Positions 27,437 to 37,568 of a DNA stretch of 64,000 nt are shown piece by piece. The notes under the pieces are model-generated. The model made no database searches. It saw only the letters and a list, made by a program, of their open reading frames with translations, and was not told where the DNA came from. Numbering within the stretch: position 1 is the stretch's first letter; the number at the start of each line of letters is the position of its first letter. The DNA is from a virus. A program made the position numbers and the translations under genes. Location of the stretch: the IMG/VR virus record IMGVR_UViG_3300032053_000008; one strand, given 5' to 3'.

Positions 27437-29329
27437 TTAGTCGTTTGAAAAGTCCCAAAAAACTGAACCAGTTGCGGACTTTCCTTTACCTTTTGAGTCT
27501 ACTTCATTAGATGCTATCTCGAAGATCTCATTAAAATAGTTCCTTTGGCCAGGACCGGGCTGAAACTGAGGTAAAGATGATCTGGTTTTCAGGATGTCTT
27601 GTTCTCTTTCGCGTAGATCTGGGGCAACTAAGCCACCTTTAGTGGCAAAAAGGTTCTGACCCATATAACGCAAACTATCGAGGGCATCGGCATGATTTTC
27701 ATCATCCGGTTCGGCAGTTATATTGCCTGCTGCATCGGTTCTAAAGTGATGGCTATGGAAACCTTTAATAATGTGCCTGTTTTCTTCAGTAAGAAGAACC
27801 TTTAACCTACGACGACCGGAAGCATCAATTATTTGTCCCCTAATTGAAGATATGCCACCAGATACATCTTTTTTAAACTCTTTGCATGGCATTCCAGCTT
27901 TTTTAAATGATTTAATGAACATAGGCTGGGCAGTGTCCATAAACCATTTTCTTGGCATATATTTGTCACGTATATATTCGGAATATTTCATCATTTCCGG
28001 GAACTCTAAACCAGCCATAACAAAACACTCTACAATCCAAAAGTCCCCACTAGGAAGTATAGCCCCAACTATTAGGGCAAAGTTATGCCTAAAGCCCCAG
28101 TCACCGCCTACATAAAATTGTATACCAAGTTCAGACATTTTAAGGATAAGTTCTGGTAGAGTTACGTCTGGTTTTTCATCGCCCATAAGCTGATAATAAG
28201 CGTTACTAACCGTTATAGTATTTTCTCCTTCAGTTTGATCAAAGCGAGGATATACAAGACCTGTACTGCTCGGTTTCCAGCAAAGTAACTGAGCCTCAGC
28301 CATATCGGGTTCAATTTTAGAAAACTGGTTAATAGTAAAATCTATTGGCTTCCACAGTCCACCTCTATCGTTTTCTGGTCTATTGGCTAGGCGAGTTTTA
28401 CACACAGGTAAAAGTTTACAGTCAACGCACCCGACATAAGCCTCTATTGCTTCATATCCGTCTCTTTTTTCTTCTGGTAGAGACAAGTGTTCTTCTGGGG
28501 ATATTTGCAAAAGAGGCAGGTTTTTTGCTATATACCTTTTAACGGTACCTTGATCTTTTTTGTTGCGCTTTGGTGAGCAGTGCTCAGTTACATCTAATAT
28601 GTTCCAGTGTCTTATTGGGTGACCATTTTCCTGGGCTCTTTCTATTTCTTTTTGCATCAAACCGAAAGCAAATTTACGAGTAGAGGTGTAAAGAGTAATT
28701 GGGAATTTACCATTTTGTACCCCAGGAATCATCTTAGCCTCTTCAAAAGCCTGAGGATACTGGACAACATCTACCTCATCGCATGCAAAAAAAAGTGTAT
28801 GGTTACTGTTACTTCCCTGAAGCGTGGCGACAATAACTTGAACGTAAACTTCATCTCCGTTGGCATTTTTAATAGAAATGTTGCGCACGTTTTTGGATGT
28901 AACTGCTCCACCGTGATGCTCTAGGTATGGTTCTATTTTACGTACAAAAGAGTTGATATATTGAATAGCTTTAGCGGACTGAGAAGTAATTGCTGCCATG
29001 TGAGCCACGGTAGCATTCAAATGGACCATTAAAATAACTTCAAGTGCCGAACATCCCAAGGTTTTGTATGCGTCTCTGGCGCTGTATACAACATATACAG
29101 GCTTTTCATTTCCTTCGTTATTTCTCATTGCAGTATAAACTTCAAACATCCATTCAACTGGAGATGTATTGCTATCTGGGTCTACCGTACCCATAGGGAA
29201 ATCTATGTCAAAAAAATTACACATCCAATCGCGCATTTGTTGTGGCGTTTCAAAAGGCTTTAGAAATGTTTCGGCTAAAGCTAACTGAATAGCTGTCATG
29301 GGTTTGGCAGTGTCAGGTTTTTTAGCCAT
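27437..29329 (-). CDS. terL: Terminase large subunit
   Basis: Variant Walker A (SARDAYKT), Walker B (FACDE), YTST coupling motif, nuclease GGDWG and HALDSLRY. Confidence 0.88.
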   Translation of the reverse strand: MAKKPDTAKPMTAIQLALAETFLKPFETPQQMRDWMCNFFDIDFPMGTVDPDSNTSPVEWMFEVYTAMRNNEGNEKPVYVVYSARDAYKTLGCSALEVILMVHLNATVAHMAAITSQSAKAIQYINSFVRKIEPYLEHHGGAVTSKNVRNISIKNANGDEVYVQVIVATLQGSNSNHTLFFACDEVDVVQYPQAFEEAKMIPGVQNGKFPITLYTSTRKFAFGLMQKEIERAQENGHPIRHWNILDVTEHCSPKRNKKDQGTVKRYIAKNLPLLQISPEEHLSLPEEKRDGYEAIEAYVGCVDCKLLPVCKTRLANRPENDRGGLWKPIDFTINQFSKIEPDMAEAQLLCWKPSSTGLVYPRFDQTEGENTITVSNAYYQLMGDEKPDVTLPELILKMSELGIQFYVGGDWGFRHNFALIVGAILPSGDFWIVECFVMAGLEFPEMMKYSEYIRDKYMPRKWFMDTAQPMFIKSFKKAGMPCKEFKKDVSGGISSIRGQIIDASGRRRLKVLLTEENRHIIKGFHSHHFRTDAAGNITAEPDDENHADALDSLRYMGQNLFATKGGLVAPDLREREQDILKTRSSLPQFQPGPGQRNYFNEIFEIASNEVDSKGKGKSATGSVFWDFSND

Positions 29330-30017
29330 TTTCCCCTCTAGCTTTTTTACGTTTTTCTTCTGCCATGATGTTCAGAATTTGCTGGGTAGCGTCAGTTTGA
29401 ACCTCTACCTTACCTGCTTCAAGGGTTATTGGGTTGGCAGATTTGCCCTGTAGAGCTTCTCTTTCGTCTTTGATGGTAAAGGTGCGGTCCTGGCCGCTAA
29501 GCTTTTGCAGAGACTCTATAACCTTTGCCAGATCGCTGATACTGTTGATCGACAAAGCATCTTTAAGGTAAGATTCGTCTCCGGTTTGGATATACTTTTT
29601 CAGCCTGTCGCCATGTTTTTTGTTGGCGGCAGCTATCATGTCGGTATAAATACTGGTGGCCTCTATGGCGGCTTTAGTGATTTTGTTAATGACCCTTTGG
29701 TTCATAGTAACCATAGCATCATGGTACATTTGGTCCCAGCTATAACGTAGTCTAGCCAGGTAAATGCAACCTTTTGGAAAAGAAGGATTTAACCTGTGGA
29801 TCTCATTGACATCATACCCATTTAAGTAAAGGTCAAAAAACTTTTGGGCAGTGACCAAAGCTAATGGCGCACCACCCTTTAAAATATAGTCGCTAAGTTC
29901 CTGGAACTCTTCAGAAGTCAGATAGATCTTAGCTCGATCAATAATTAGCTGACCATCACTCAGTTTCTGTTTGATCTGGGTTTCTAACTGGATCTGGTTT
30001 GTCAATTCTACTGTCAT
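29322..30017 (-). CDS. Putative terminase small subunit
   Basis: Directly upstream of and overlapping terL; HTH-like N-half followed by helical region. Confidence 0.5.
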   Translation of the reverse strand: MTVELTNQIQLETQIKQKLSDGQLIIDRAKIYLTSEEFQELSDYILKGGAPLALVTAQKFFDLYLNGYDVNEIHRLNPSFPKGCIYLARLRYSWDQMYHDAMVTMNQRVINKITKAAIEATSIYTDMIAAANKKHGDRLKKYIQTGDESYLKDALSINSISDLAKVIESLQKLSGQDRTFTIKDEREALQGKSANPITLEAGKVEVQTDATQQILNIMAEEKRKKARGENG

Positions 30018-30315
30018 AAATCTTCTTGTCGTTTAGTATATACACACATTCAGAGTCATTCCAAAGTATGTATTGTGTCCAATCAGATATAAGATTAAGT
30101 AATTCCTGGGTTTTCTTGGATTTACGGTACTTGCCAGTAGATTTGGCATTAAAGGTAACTACGTGAGTATTGGGCTCTATTTTGATCTCAACTGCATTTA
30201 CATTTGGCAATAAAACCCCATAACACTGGAGCTGATACACTTGGAACTCATGGACAGAGCCGAAGCGCTCGGTCATACCCTTTAGCCAATACAACTGGTC
30301 TTTTGGTGACTTCAC
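29956..30315 (-). CDS. Hypothetical protein
   Basis: GTGA overlap with the nuclease stop; 119 aa. Confidence 0.6.
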   Translation of the reverse strand: MKSPKDQLYWLKGMTERFGSVHEFQVYQLQCYGVLLPNVNAVEIKIEPNTHVVTFNAKSTGKYRKSKKTQELLNLISDWTQYILWNDSECVYILNDKKIYDSRIDKPDPVRNPDQTETE

Positions 30316-31298
30316 CCTACTACCCCTGGCAACAGGTCTTTAAACATGGAATTCAAAGCAACCACCTCTTTTTTCCCAAGGTCCTTGGAGGTAACATAGT
30401 CTATGAAATAAGAATTAAATGCAACAGGTATACCGTTTGATTCGGTAACTTCGGTCTGGATTACGTCATTTTGGATTGTAGTTCTAACCTTAGCAGATGT
30501 CCAGCTCTTTTTAAGGCAGTCCGATACGAACTTTTTGTTTCCAGTGATGTCGATATATACCCGGTCTGGTGACAAAGACTTCAAAGCTTTTTGGGCTTCT
30601 GCTAGCTCTTGATCATTTGAAACCTTGATCAAAACCATAAGCTCCGACACACTTGCAGGAGTTGGTATAAACTCAAAAGAACCGTTATCAAAGATATGTA
30701 TACCTTTGATTTCATTGGCATCAGACCTGGTTAGTGCGCGAGGTGTACCTGGGTAGAAGATATTGCCAAACTCTTGTTTCATATGAATATGACCGGAGAT
30801 CACTTTAAGGTGTGACGGCAATAAAGCTGGGTCTACTCCATGAGGAGCATAAAAACCGTTTTCAAACTGGCATCCATTAAACTCTTGGTGACAAAACAGG
30901 TACTTGGTGTCTGGCAAAACGATGTCATTTACGATCCTTACAAAATCATCAGAGTTACGCACAAAAGGCACATAAAGGGTGTCGCCATATAGACTTGGCT
31001 TGTTGAAAACTACGGTACCCAAGAAGGAGGGGAAATCGTGAGTACCGTCTGGTGACATGTCATGATTGCCAACCAATATTTCTATTTGCACACCTCTGTT
31101 TTTGGCTGACTCGATTGATTTATGCCAGAAGTTGAGCACTTCAATATTACACACACCAAAATCGTTAAAAATATCACCAAGCACCAAAACAAATCTTTCA
31201 TTAAGTTCTGCAACATCTAGTATCCACTCCCAGAGCCGCCGAGACTCTTCTATATTGGTCTTTTTGACGTGCATGTCACCTACAATAACCTTAGCCAT
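30312..31298 (-). CDS. sbcD: SbcD/Mre11-like recombination nuclease
   Basis: GDMH, LGDIF, GNHD, FCHQ, SGHIH and YPGTP metallophosphoesterase motifs. Confidence 0.85.
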   Translation of the reverse strand: MAKVIVGDMHVKKTNIEESRRLWEWILDVAELNERFVLVLGDIFNDFGVCNIEVLNFWHKSIESAKNRGVQIEILVGNHDMSPDGTHDFPSFLGTVVFNKPSLYGDTLYVPFVRNSDDFVRIVNDIVLPDTKYLFCHQEFNGCQFENGFYAPHGVDPALLPSHLKVISGHIHMKQEFGNIFYPGTPRALTRSDANEIKGIHIFDNGSFEFIPTPASVSELMVLIKVSNDQELAEAQKALKSLSPDRVYIDITGNKKFVSDCLKKSWTSAKVRTTIQNDVIQTEVTESNGIPVAFNSYFIDYVTSKDLGKKEVVALNSMFKDLLPGVVG

Positions 31299-31593
31299 CG
31301 ACTTCTACCCCTACAATGTAGTCCATTGGAGCTAACACAAACTCTAGGTCACCGATATGCCAGATTTCTTTGTTCCAAGGACTAAAGCCTGCATCGGGTC
31401 TAAGGTAGACCGTGGTACCCTTTTTCATACCGCCAACACCGTCAATCAGAACAACGGACTTAGATAGTTCTCTCTTTTGTTTGGTAATAGCTAGGCCACC
31501 CTTAAGCATTGTATCAACTTGAGTGGCAACTATTGGCTTAATTGGCAAAAACTTGGTATCATGAAGGTACATTAAAGACATGTTCGGCTCCAT
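31291..31593 (-). CDS. GroES-like co-chaperonin
   Basis: ~100 aa; KP...T..KGGLAI mobile-loop-like segment, VL..G....GTTVYL, IGDLEFVL...DYIVGV; a GroEL gene is present in the window. Confidence 0.55.
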   Translation of the reverse strand: MEPNMSLMYLHDTKFLPIKPIVATQVDTMLKGGLAITKQKRELSKSVVLIDGVGGMKKGTTVYLRPDAGFSPWNKEIWHIGDLEFVLAPMDYIVGVEVDG

Positions 31594-33130
31594 TTTCTAT
31601 TGTTTCTATTTCGTCTGGGATCATTGCATCATGTATTGCACCAATCTTAAGTGCGCTATAAATAAGGGTATCTTCTTTAGGTGACCCTTCATCGTAAGTA
31701 GTAGAGTTGTTTAAGACTGAATGCGTTGTTGACATTGCATAATTGGTTTTAGATACAAAAACCTTAGCTGTAGCGGAAGATCTTGATTTTGCTATTAAAA
31801 AACGAACTATTTGAGCGTTTTTATCTTTACCGCTGGCATTTAAGGTTATGATATTAGAGGCTCTTTGTACGATATTATAGGCATCAGCTACGTCAGCCTG
31901 GTCGATCATGGAAGAACCCTCTTTAAGATTCTTGGCCTTTTGGAAACCTCCACGGTTGGCCTGCAGAGGGGTTATGACGTGGAACTGTTCCTCAATAGCC
32001 ATAGTAACAAACTGGTCATAAATGAAGGTCTTAACCGCATGATCTGCCAGATCTTTTCCAGTATTACGGCTAGACAATTTACCGGGATAGTCATCTATAA
32101 CTAGATCATACCCTTTATTATTTGAACTATTGCCCCTCATAAAGGCATTCTTTTCTTTAATCATATCGATAACATCTTCAACAAACATAGATCCAGCCTT
32201 AACCCATGGAACATAAGTTAAGTGATCATTAATGAACTTAGCGTAAGCATTAGCTCTTTCTGCTTTTAGCATTTCTGGGTCCATCAGTTGTTGTCTTGTC
32301 ATTTGAAAATAACACTGATAGATCTTGTCTGCAATATCTCTAGCGTTTTGTTCATGAGTAACCAATAAACACTTTTTACCAGAAATCATATTGGCAACCA
32401 ATATACTAATAACAGCCGTAGTTTTACCACCGTTGGATGGGGCAATTATCATTGTGGTGTCACCTCTAGCAAGAGACCCTTTGCTATAGTGTTTTTGATG
32501 TCTAGCTACAAACTTATTGGTAGGCAATACGGCATTGATTTTAGATCCAGGAAGTAAAAGTTCATCTAAATCTGGATGACCAAGAGTTAAACAGTCACTC
32601 ATTTCCGTATTGAAACCTTCGTAAAACTTTTCTGGATTAGAAAAGTCGAAACTTTCATTGTGTAAAAATGAACACTCTTTAACTTTAGCTATGGCCCTAT
32701 CTACCCAGTCTATGGTATCCAAGCTTTTCTTTGTGTTGTACATGTGAGCAGCTTCGGCCAGATAATTCCTAAACATAACCATCTTAAGCCAGCCAGTTGC
32801 GCTTTTACTAACATAGTCTCTACTTTGATTATTAGAACTGGCAATACAGTGATCTATTTTTGTATGAAGTGTTGTATAGGTAGTAAAATGAGTGCTATAT
32901 ACATAACCCTTTAACTCTTCAGGTGTAGGAGAAATCTTAAACTCAGTGTGATATTTTTGAACACAGGCAAATAAAACAGACAAATTGGCATCAGTAAAGT
33001 AACCGGGCTTTAACAAAGATATCGACTTTGAAGCAAACCATCCAGCTTGAAGCATATGACCAATCATAGCTTCTTGAAAGCTATTATCAAATTTGTCCAT
33101 AGTTATCGGTACTGAAAGTTCGCTAGTCAT
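31559..33130 (-). CDS. dnaB: DnaB-like (SF4) replicative helicase
   Basis: Walker A APSNGGKT, VTHE, VIDDY, TPLQANR, IAKSR. Confidence 0.85.
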   Translation of the reverse strand: MTSELSVPITMDKFDNSFQEAMIGHMLQAGWFASKSISLLKPGYFTDANLSVLFACVQKYHTEFKISPTPEELKGYVYSTHFTTYTTLHTKIDHCIASSNNQSRDYVSKSATGWLKMVMFRNYLAEAAHMYNTKKSLDTIDWVDRAIAKVKECSFLHNESFDFSNPEKFYEGFNTEMSDCLTLGHPDLDELLLPGSKINAVLPTNKFVARHQKHYSKGSLARGDTTMIIAPSNGGKTTAVISILVANMISGKKCLLVTHEQNARDIADKIYQCYFQMTRQQLMDPEMLKAERANAYAKFINDHLTYVPWVKAGSMFVEDVIDMIKEKNAFMRGNSSNNKGYDLVIDDYPGKLSSRNTGKDLADHAVKTFIYDQFVTMAIEEQFHVITPLQANRGGFQKAKNLKEGSSMIDQADVADAYNIVQRASNIITLNASGKDKNAQIVRFLIAKSRSSATAKVFVSKTNYAMSTTHSVLNNSTTYDEGSPKEDTLIYSALKIGAIHDAMIPDEIETIENGAEHVFNVPS

Positions 33131-33131
33131 A

Positions 33132-34145
33132 CTATCCTTTGAGATGAAAAATTAGTTCCATACCGCTATACAGCTTAGCTTCTTTCATAGCAACAACACA
33201 TTCATCTTCGGTGCACTCTCCAAAATCGGCCTTTTTTGACATACCGTGACATCTGTTCTTTGCCGACTCCGGTACCTCCATAAGATACACTTTTTTCCCA
33301 GCAGAATACAAGCTTCGAGCTAAAGAATCTGTTTCTTGATAGGCATCATCATCTAGTCCCAAGAAAACTGACGATGCACTGGTGTCTATTAAAAGCTTTA
33401 TTTGCTTTTCTGATAAGGTTTTGCCCATTGTTGCCACGTAATGATGACATTTATTAAACTTTAAAGCATCAAATGGCCCCTCAGCAACAACAAAAAAGGG
33501 GGAATCTTTGATAGTGTCGTAAAACATCACCAATGAGTCTCTACGAAACCCTATATTATTTCTCATTCGGTCTTTTTGGTCTACTTTGTCAATAGCTCTT
33601 CCTTGCCAGCCATAACAAACTTCATCTATAAAGATTGGCATAATAAGCCTGCGAGTAATCATATTGAACATAAAACCGTGATTTATGGCCAAATCCAAAG
33701 AAACGTTTCTGGACGCTAAATATAAAACTGCATCTTCAGCTATTGGATGATCCAGGCTGAACAGTCCAGCTTCAGGCCATTCTATTGATTCTATGTAGTT
33801 TTCTGGGGCAACGGTAGTGTCATCTTCATCTATAAAGTGCAAAATCAGAGGGTTATCTAGTGATACCTCTTTATTGCCATATACCACAGACCGAGCTTCA
33901 GCCAGTGGAATGTTTGCTGTCAAGGCTATCCAATCTGGCATCCATCTGCGACCATAGGTACAGCTTCCGTGGAAACACACAGAAGATCCATTAGCTTTAA
34001 GGACAAAGAATTTGTCTGATCTGCCGCACAAAGGGCATCTGGTAAGGAGGGAGCGCCGGTTTTCACCAGCAAGCTCCCCGTAAGTAGAAAGGAGGGATCG
34101 TATGAACTCCTCAGATAAATCCGAGGCTTTTTGCGTCTTTTTCAT
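33132..34145 (-). CDS. dnaG: DNA primase (zinc finger + TOPRIM)
   Basis: CPLC...CFHGSC, GWQGR, AEGPFD, GLDDD; adjacent to the helicase. Confidence 0.85.
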   Translation of the reverse strand: MKKTQKASDLSEEFIRSLLSTYGELAGENRRSLLTRCPLCGRSDKFFVLKANGSSVCFHGSCTYGRRWMPDWIALTANIPLAEARSVVYGNKEVSLDNPLILHFIDEDDTTVAPENYIESIEWPEAGLFSLDHPIAEDAVLYLASRNVSLDLAINHGFMFNMITRRLIMPIFIDEVCYGWQGRAIDKVDQKDRMRNNIGFRRDSLVMFYDTIKDSPFFVVAEGPFDALKFNKCHHYVATMGKTLSEKQIKLLIDTSASSVFLGLDDDAYQETDSLARSLYSAGKKVYLMEVPESAKNRCHGMSKKADFGECTEDECVVAMKEAKLYSGMELIFHLKG

Positions 34146-35199
34146 AGATCTTGTCCAAAATCTGATTTTGTAGTTGCTGGTTGTCTCTGATTGCTATAAG
34201 GCAATTCTTAGATCCATGCCATTTTTGGTCACCAAACTGGTACCAACTCTGGTTTGGCTTTTCAATAACTCCAAAGTTAGTTCCAAGGATAAAGATCTCT
34301 TCATACTGGTTAATGATACCTTTTTGGTAATCTAAGGTAAACTCAGCTACCCGACCATCTGGACCCATAGAGTTACCATCAACAGTGAATCGGATACGGT
34401 GGCCTGTTTTAGTGCCATGATCCAAAAAGTCCTGTAGTTCTGGGTTACTAAGGGACTCTTCAAGCAGGGTGTTTGAACCTGCTTTACCTACAACCCGCTG
34501 AACCTTACAAAAGTATTCAGCAAAGTGTTTAAGAGCAAACGCACCTGCCATTTTTTCTGTTTTACCGCGTTTCTGTTCTCCCATGTCCAGCTCGGCTCTG
34601 GCATGAGTAGTAAGGAACAAAGAGATACGGCGGCGGCGACAACCTGCCTGGATACGCTTAAGACCGTCTTGCAAAGTGGCTGCAAGGTCACCAATAAGGT
34701 GCTGGTTAACAGTGTCTGCGTTTGCCAATTTACGACCAACAATATTGGTAACTGAATCAATGATAATCATTTTCAGTTTCAAACCTTGGTCAACTGCTGG
34801 CCACAGTTCTTTTTCAATACGGTCAAAAATCAATTCAGGCTCATTTACGTCAAAAGTGATATGACGCTCTGGATCAATCCCAAACATTACACTAGCATCA
34901 TCGCTTTGCTGAAGTTCGCCGCGTAATTCCGTATTAAAGGTAACTGTATAAGCTTCCGTGTCAGCTTTGTGGCATTCACCAATAAATGTATTGCACAAAA
35001 TTGATTTACCGGACTTTGGAGGTCCCCACAAGATCATTGAATAACCCAAAGGAAGTCCGTAACCTTTGTTTGCCAAAGCAATGTTAATGCTGGGGGAGTT
35101 TGTCCTAAGAACATTTGTAAAGGGATCGTAAGTTCTGTCAACTGTTCCCATAAGTTTACGTAACTTGTTGAAAACCTTACTAGTATCAACTTCTGCCAT
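34111..35199 (-). CDS. recA: RecA/UvsX-like recombinase
   Basis: GPPKSGKS, FNTE, IIIDSV, GAFALKH. Confidence 0.88.
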   Translation of the reverse strand: MAEVDTSKVFNKLRKLMGTVDRTYDPFTNVLRTNSPSINIALANKGYGLPLGYSMILWGPPKSGKSILCNTFIGECHKADTEAYTVTFNTELRGELQQSDDASVMFGIDPERHITFDVNEPELIFDRIEKELWPAVDQGLKLKMIIIDSVTNIVGRKLANADTVNQHLIGDLAATLQDGLKRIQAGCRRRRISLFLTTHARAELDMGEQKRGKTEKMAGAFALKHFAEYFCKVQRVVGKAGSNTLLEESLSNPELQDFLDHGTKTGHRIRFTVDGNSMGPDGRVAEFTLDYQKGIINQYEEIFILGTNFGVIEKPNQSWYQFGDQKWHGSKNCLIAIRDNQQLQNQILDKIYEKDAKSLGFI

Positions 35200-35208
35200 A
35201 AAAACTCC

Positions 35209-35808
35209 TTAAAATTTGCTTGTACCTACGGCTATTGTTCCAATAACCGTGACTGATGGTTTTACATAAAACTCATCCTTAAAGACATTTTCTTCAACAT
35301 TGCCGCTGTTGTGACTGCGGTTGTTGTTGACCTTCATAAGGTCTTCCAGGTTAGACCTGCAGTCCCAGTATGCCCGTTCAAGTGTTTTGTTCTTAGCTTC
35401 CAAGAAAGATGTAAGAGCATCTAAGTGATTAGCTATGGTTTGCCAATGCCTATAGTCTGGATCTCTAGCGATATAAGACTCTCGTATATCAGCATTGTCT
35501 TTCATGCCAGTTTCTTTAAGAATATCCCTAAAGTAGACCGGGTATTTATCCAATAAAGCTTCAGCTTTAGCAAACTCAAGTTGTTGCTTGGCTTGCAGGT
35601 GCTCATATCGTACTAGAGAAAGGTACCGACCAAGATCGGCCATTCCAGCAGCAAACACAGATTTAAGGTCAGCTACGACACCGATGTTCAGCATCTTAAC
35701 TTCCTGAAGTCTTGACTCTGCCTGGTCAACCTTTGTCATATCTAGACGCAACCTTGGTTGATTTGGCGTACCTCTTGGGGCTTCAATGACTTCCTGTGTA
35801 ATATCCAT
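35209..35808 (-). CDS. UvsY-like recombination mediator (putative)
   Basis: Helical coiled-coil (NADIRESYIARDPDY) located between SSB and RecA. Confidence 0.5.
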   Translation of the reverse strand: MDITQEVIEAPRGTPNQPRLRLDMTKVDQAESRLQEVKMLNIGVVADLKSVFAAGMADLGRYLSLVRYEHLQAKQQLEFAKAEALLDKYPVYFRDILKETGMKDNADIRESYIARDPDYRHWQTIANHLDALTSFLEAKNKTLERAYWDCRSNLEDLMKVNNNRSHNSGNVEENVFKDEFYVKPSVTVIGTIAVGTSKF

Positions 35809-35811
35809 TAC

Positions 35812-36834
35812 TTATCCTTCCATCAACTTAGTAAAGAAATCGTCAGACATAGAGCTTGCCGTTGGCTGTGCTGCCACTGGAGCAATAGAAGGACTTGATA
35901 CCCAAGGAGGAGTTTCGGCTGGAGCTGGTGCCGTATAGGCTGGCTTAACTACTACATCGTTAGATGTTACGACGATAGGACTAACAGCAATAACGTTTGT
36001 TCCACCAACTGTTGTTTCAACGGTAGATGTAACCTTAGTTGACCGGGAAAAGATCTTGTCACATAAAAGCTTCAAATCAGAAGGATTGTTGGCCTTGATA
36101 CCAGAAACCAAAGCCTGAGCTTCATTAAAGGTAATGTCGCTGTACAAGGTAGCTAAGTCCTTACCGCCGCCAGCCGCAACCTTGCTCAAAAGTTCTGGTG
36201 TAAGGGTATGGTTAACGTAACGTGCAGTAAACGTTCCATCTGGGTTCTGGGTTACAGCCTGGTAGAACTCCACAGAATAAGAGGTATTGCGGTCACCCTT
36301 AAACGCCTGCGTTTTCTTGAAGTTAAGGAACAGACCATTTGTTCCGGTGGCGTCTACGCCGTTTTTGTTATAAAATTCAGTCAAAAGGCTTCTAATAGAT
36401 TCAAAAAGCTTAAAGCCGACAGGTAACAATCCAGGAACGTTACCTTGGTTTACTGCGTTCATGTAAACCTTTTTGTTGGCCTGGAAAGGCTTAATTTGAG
36501 CCTCTTCAAAGGCCATCAACTGCTCTTTAGATAAAGAACCTTTAACAGATTCAAGCTTAGCTTTTGCTACCGTTTCTGCTGTGCAAAATGGACATTCTTG
36601 CAAAATATTTTTGTCACGATCTTTTTTGAGCATACATTGGAAATGGTATGGTCTTTTGTCGATCCAGATGGTATGAGTGGCGTAGTATTGGTTCCATTTG
36701 CCGGTACTAGCATAGCTAAACAAAGGGGGCAAAATACGATAAACGTTATCTTTGCCTGCTTCAATCTTAAAGTATTCAGACTTAACAAAACTACCGCTAT
36801 CAAAACTAGATACACCAACTTTCATCTGTTCCAT
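35812..36834 (-). CDS. T4 gp32-like single-stranded DNA-binding protein
   Basis: YRILPP, H...C...CPFC zinc site, VYMNAV, NTSYSV, acidic/aromatic tail (DDFFTKLMEG). Confidence 0.75.
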   Translation of the reverse strand: MEQMKVGVSSFDSGSFVKSEYFKIEAGKDNVYRILPPLFSYASTGKWNQYYATHTIWIDKRPYHFQCMLKKDRDKNILQECPFCTAETVAKAKLESVKGSLSKEQLMAFEEAQIKPFQANKKVYMNAVNQGNVPGLLPVGFKLFESIRSLLTEFYNKNGVDATGTNGLFLNFKKTQAFKGDRNTSYSVEFYQAVTQNPDGTFTARYVNHTLTPELLSKVAAGGGKDLATLYSDITFNEAQALVSGIKANNPSDLKLLCDKIFSRSTKVTSTVETTVGGTNVIAVSPIVVTSNDVVVKPAYTAPAPAETPPWVSSPSIAPVAAQPTASSMSDDFFTKLMEG

Positions 36835-36837
36835 AAA

Positions 36838-37560
36838 TCACTCCTCAATGTTGCTTTCTGTTGTAGCCTTGTTTTTGATCTTTGTCAACGTTTCTGATAC
36901 AAACTCTTTTGTGATCTTCTTTTTACCAATATTAATTGGTCTTGGGTTAGGAAAAAGATTTTCATTTAGACCTAGATCACTGTCAAAATTATAGATAATA
37001 ACAGGCAGACGGTTGCCATCAAATTCAACGCTAAGAGCATAGCGGCTAGCTTCGTTTCTAATAGCAATGGTATAAAGTTCATTACCATAAGCCTTAGTAA
37101 ATTGTTCCCTCATAGCCTCTTTTAGAGGATGGCCATACCAATCAGCACTAAGTTGAAGCATATAAGGCAGGCGCTGAATGCCATATAACCGCCTAATAGC
37201 ATAAATATCGTCAATAGAAGCGTTGTATGCTGAAGGTGAATACACATCACCAATACGACGATCAATCACGTTTTTGGCTGTTGCATCAGGTAGGGAATAG
37301 TAGTTGATACTAAATACCCCAAATTCATTAGACGCCAATTCAGCAAACTCTTGCGCGTTTTCGCCAATCAATGGAATAGCAAACACGTTTTTGGCGATTT
37401 CATCTGTGTATTCTTTTTCAAGGACTGGCAAAAGGTTCTGGGCACTTCTGATTTGACCCTCCATGCCAGCTCTAATAGACAAAGGGAAAGACAGCAGTTC
37501 TTGCTGTGACAATTCCCTGGTTTCTTTGATTTTCTTCAATAATTCTCTAGTGCTAGACAT
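36838..37560 (-). CDS. Hypothetical protein in the replication operon
   Basis: Start moved to MSSTRE (37560) with GAGGT RBS. Confidence 0.6.
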   Translation of the reverse strand: MSSTRELLKKIKETRELSQQELLSFPLSIRAGMEGQIRSAQNLLPVLEKEYTDEIAKNVFAIPLIGENAQEFAELASNEFGVFSINYYSLPDATAKNVIDRRIGDVYSPSAYNASIDDIYAIRRLYGIQRLPYMLQLSADWYGHPLKEAMREQFTKAYGNELYTIAIRNEASRYALSVEFDGNRLPVIIYNFDSDLGLNENLFPNPRPINIGKKKITKEFVSETLTKIKNKATTESNIEE

Positions 37561-37568
37561 ATTACACC

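Noticed and set aside
33103-33111. ACCGATAA on the minus strand near the helicase start
   Set aside because: Lies inside the coding sequence and lacks a correctly spaced TAAA
36838-37560. Possible degenerate P-loop NMP-kinase fold
   Set aside because: No GxxxxGK motif; the resemblance is too weak to call by eye
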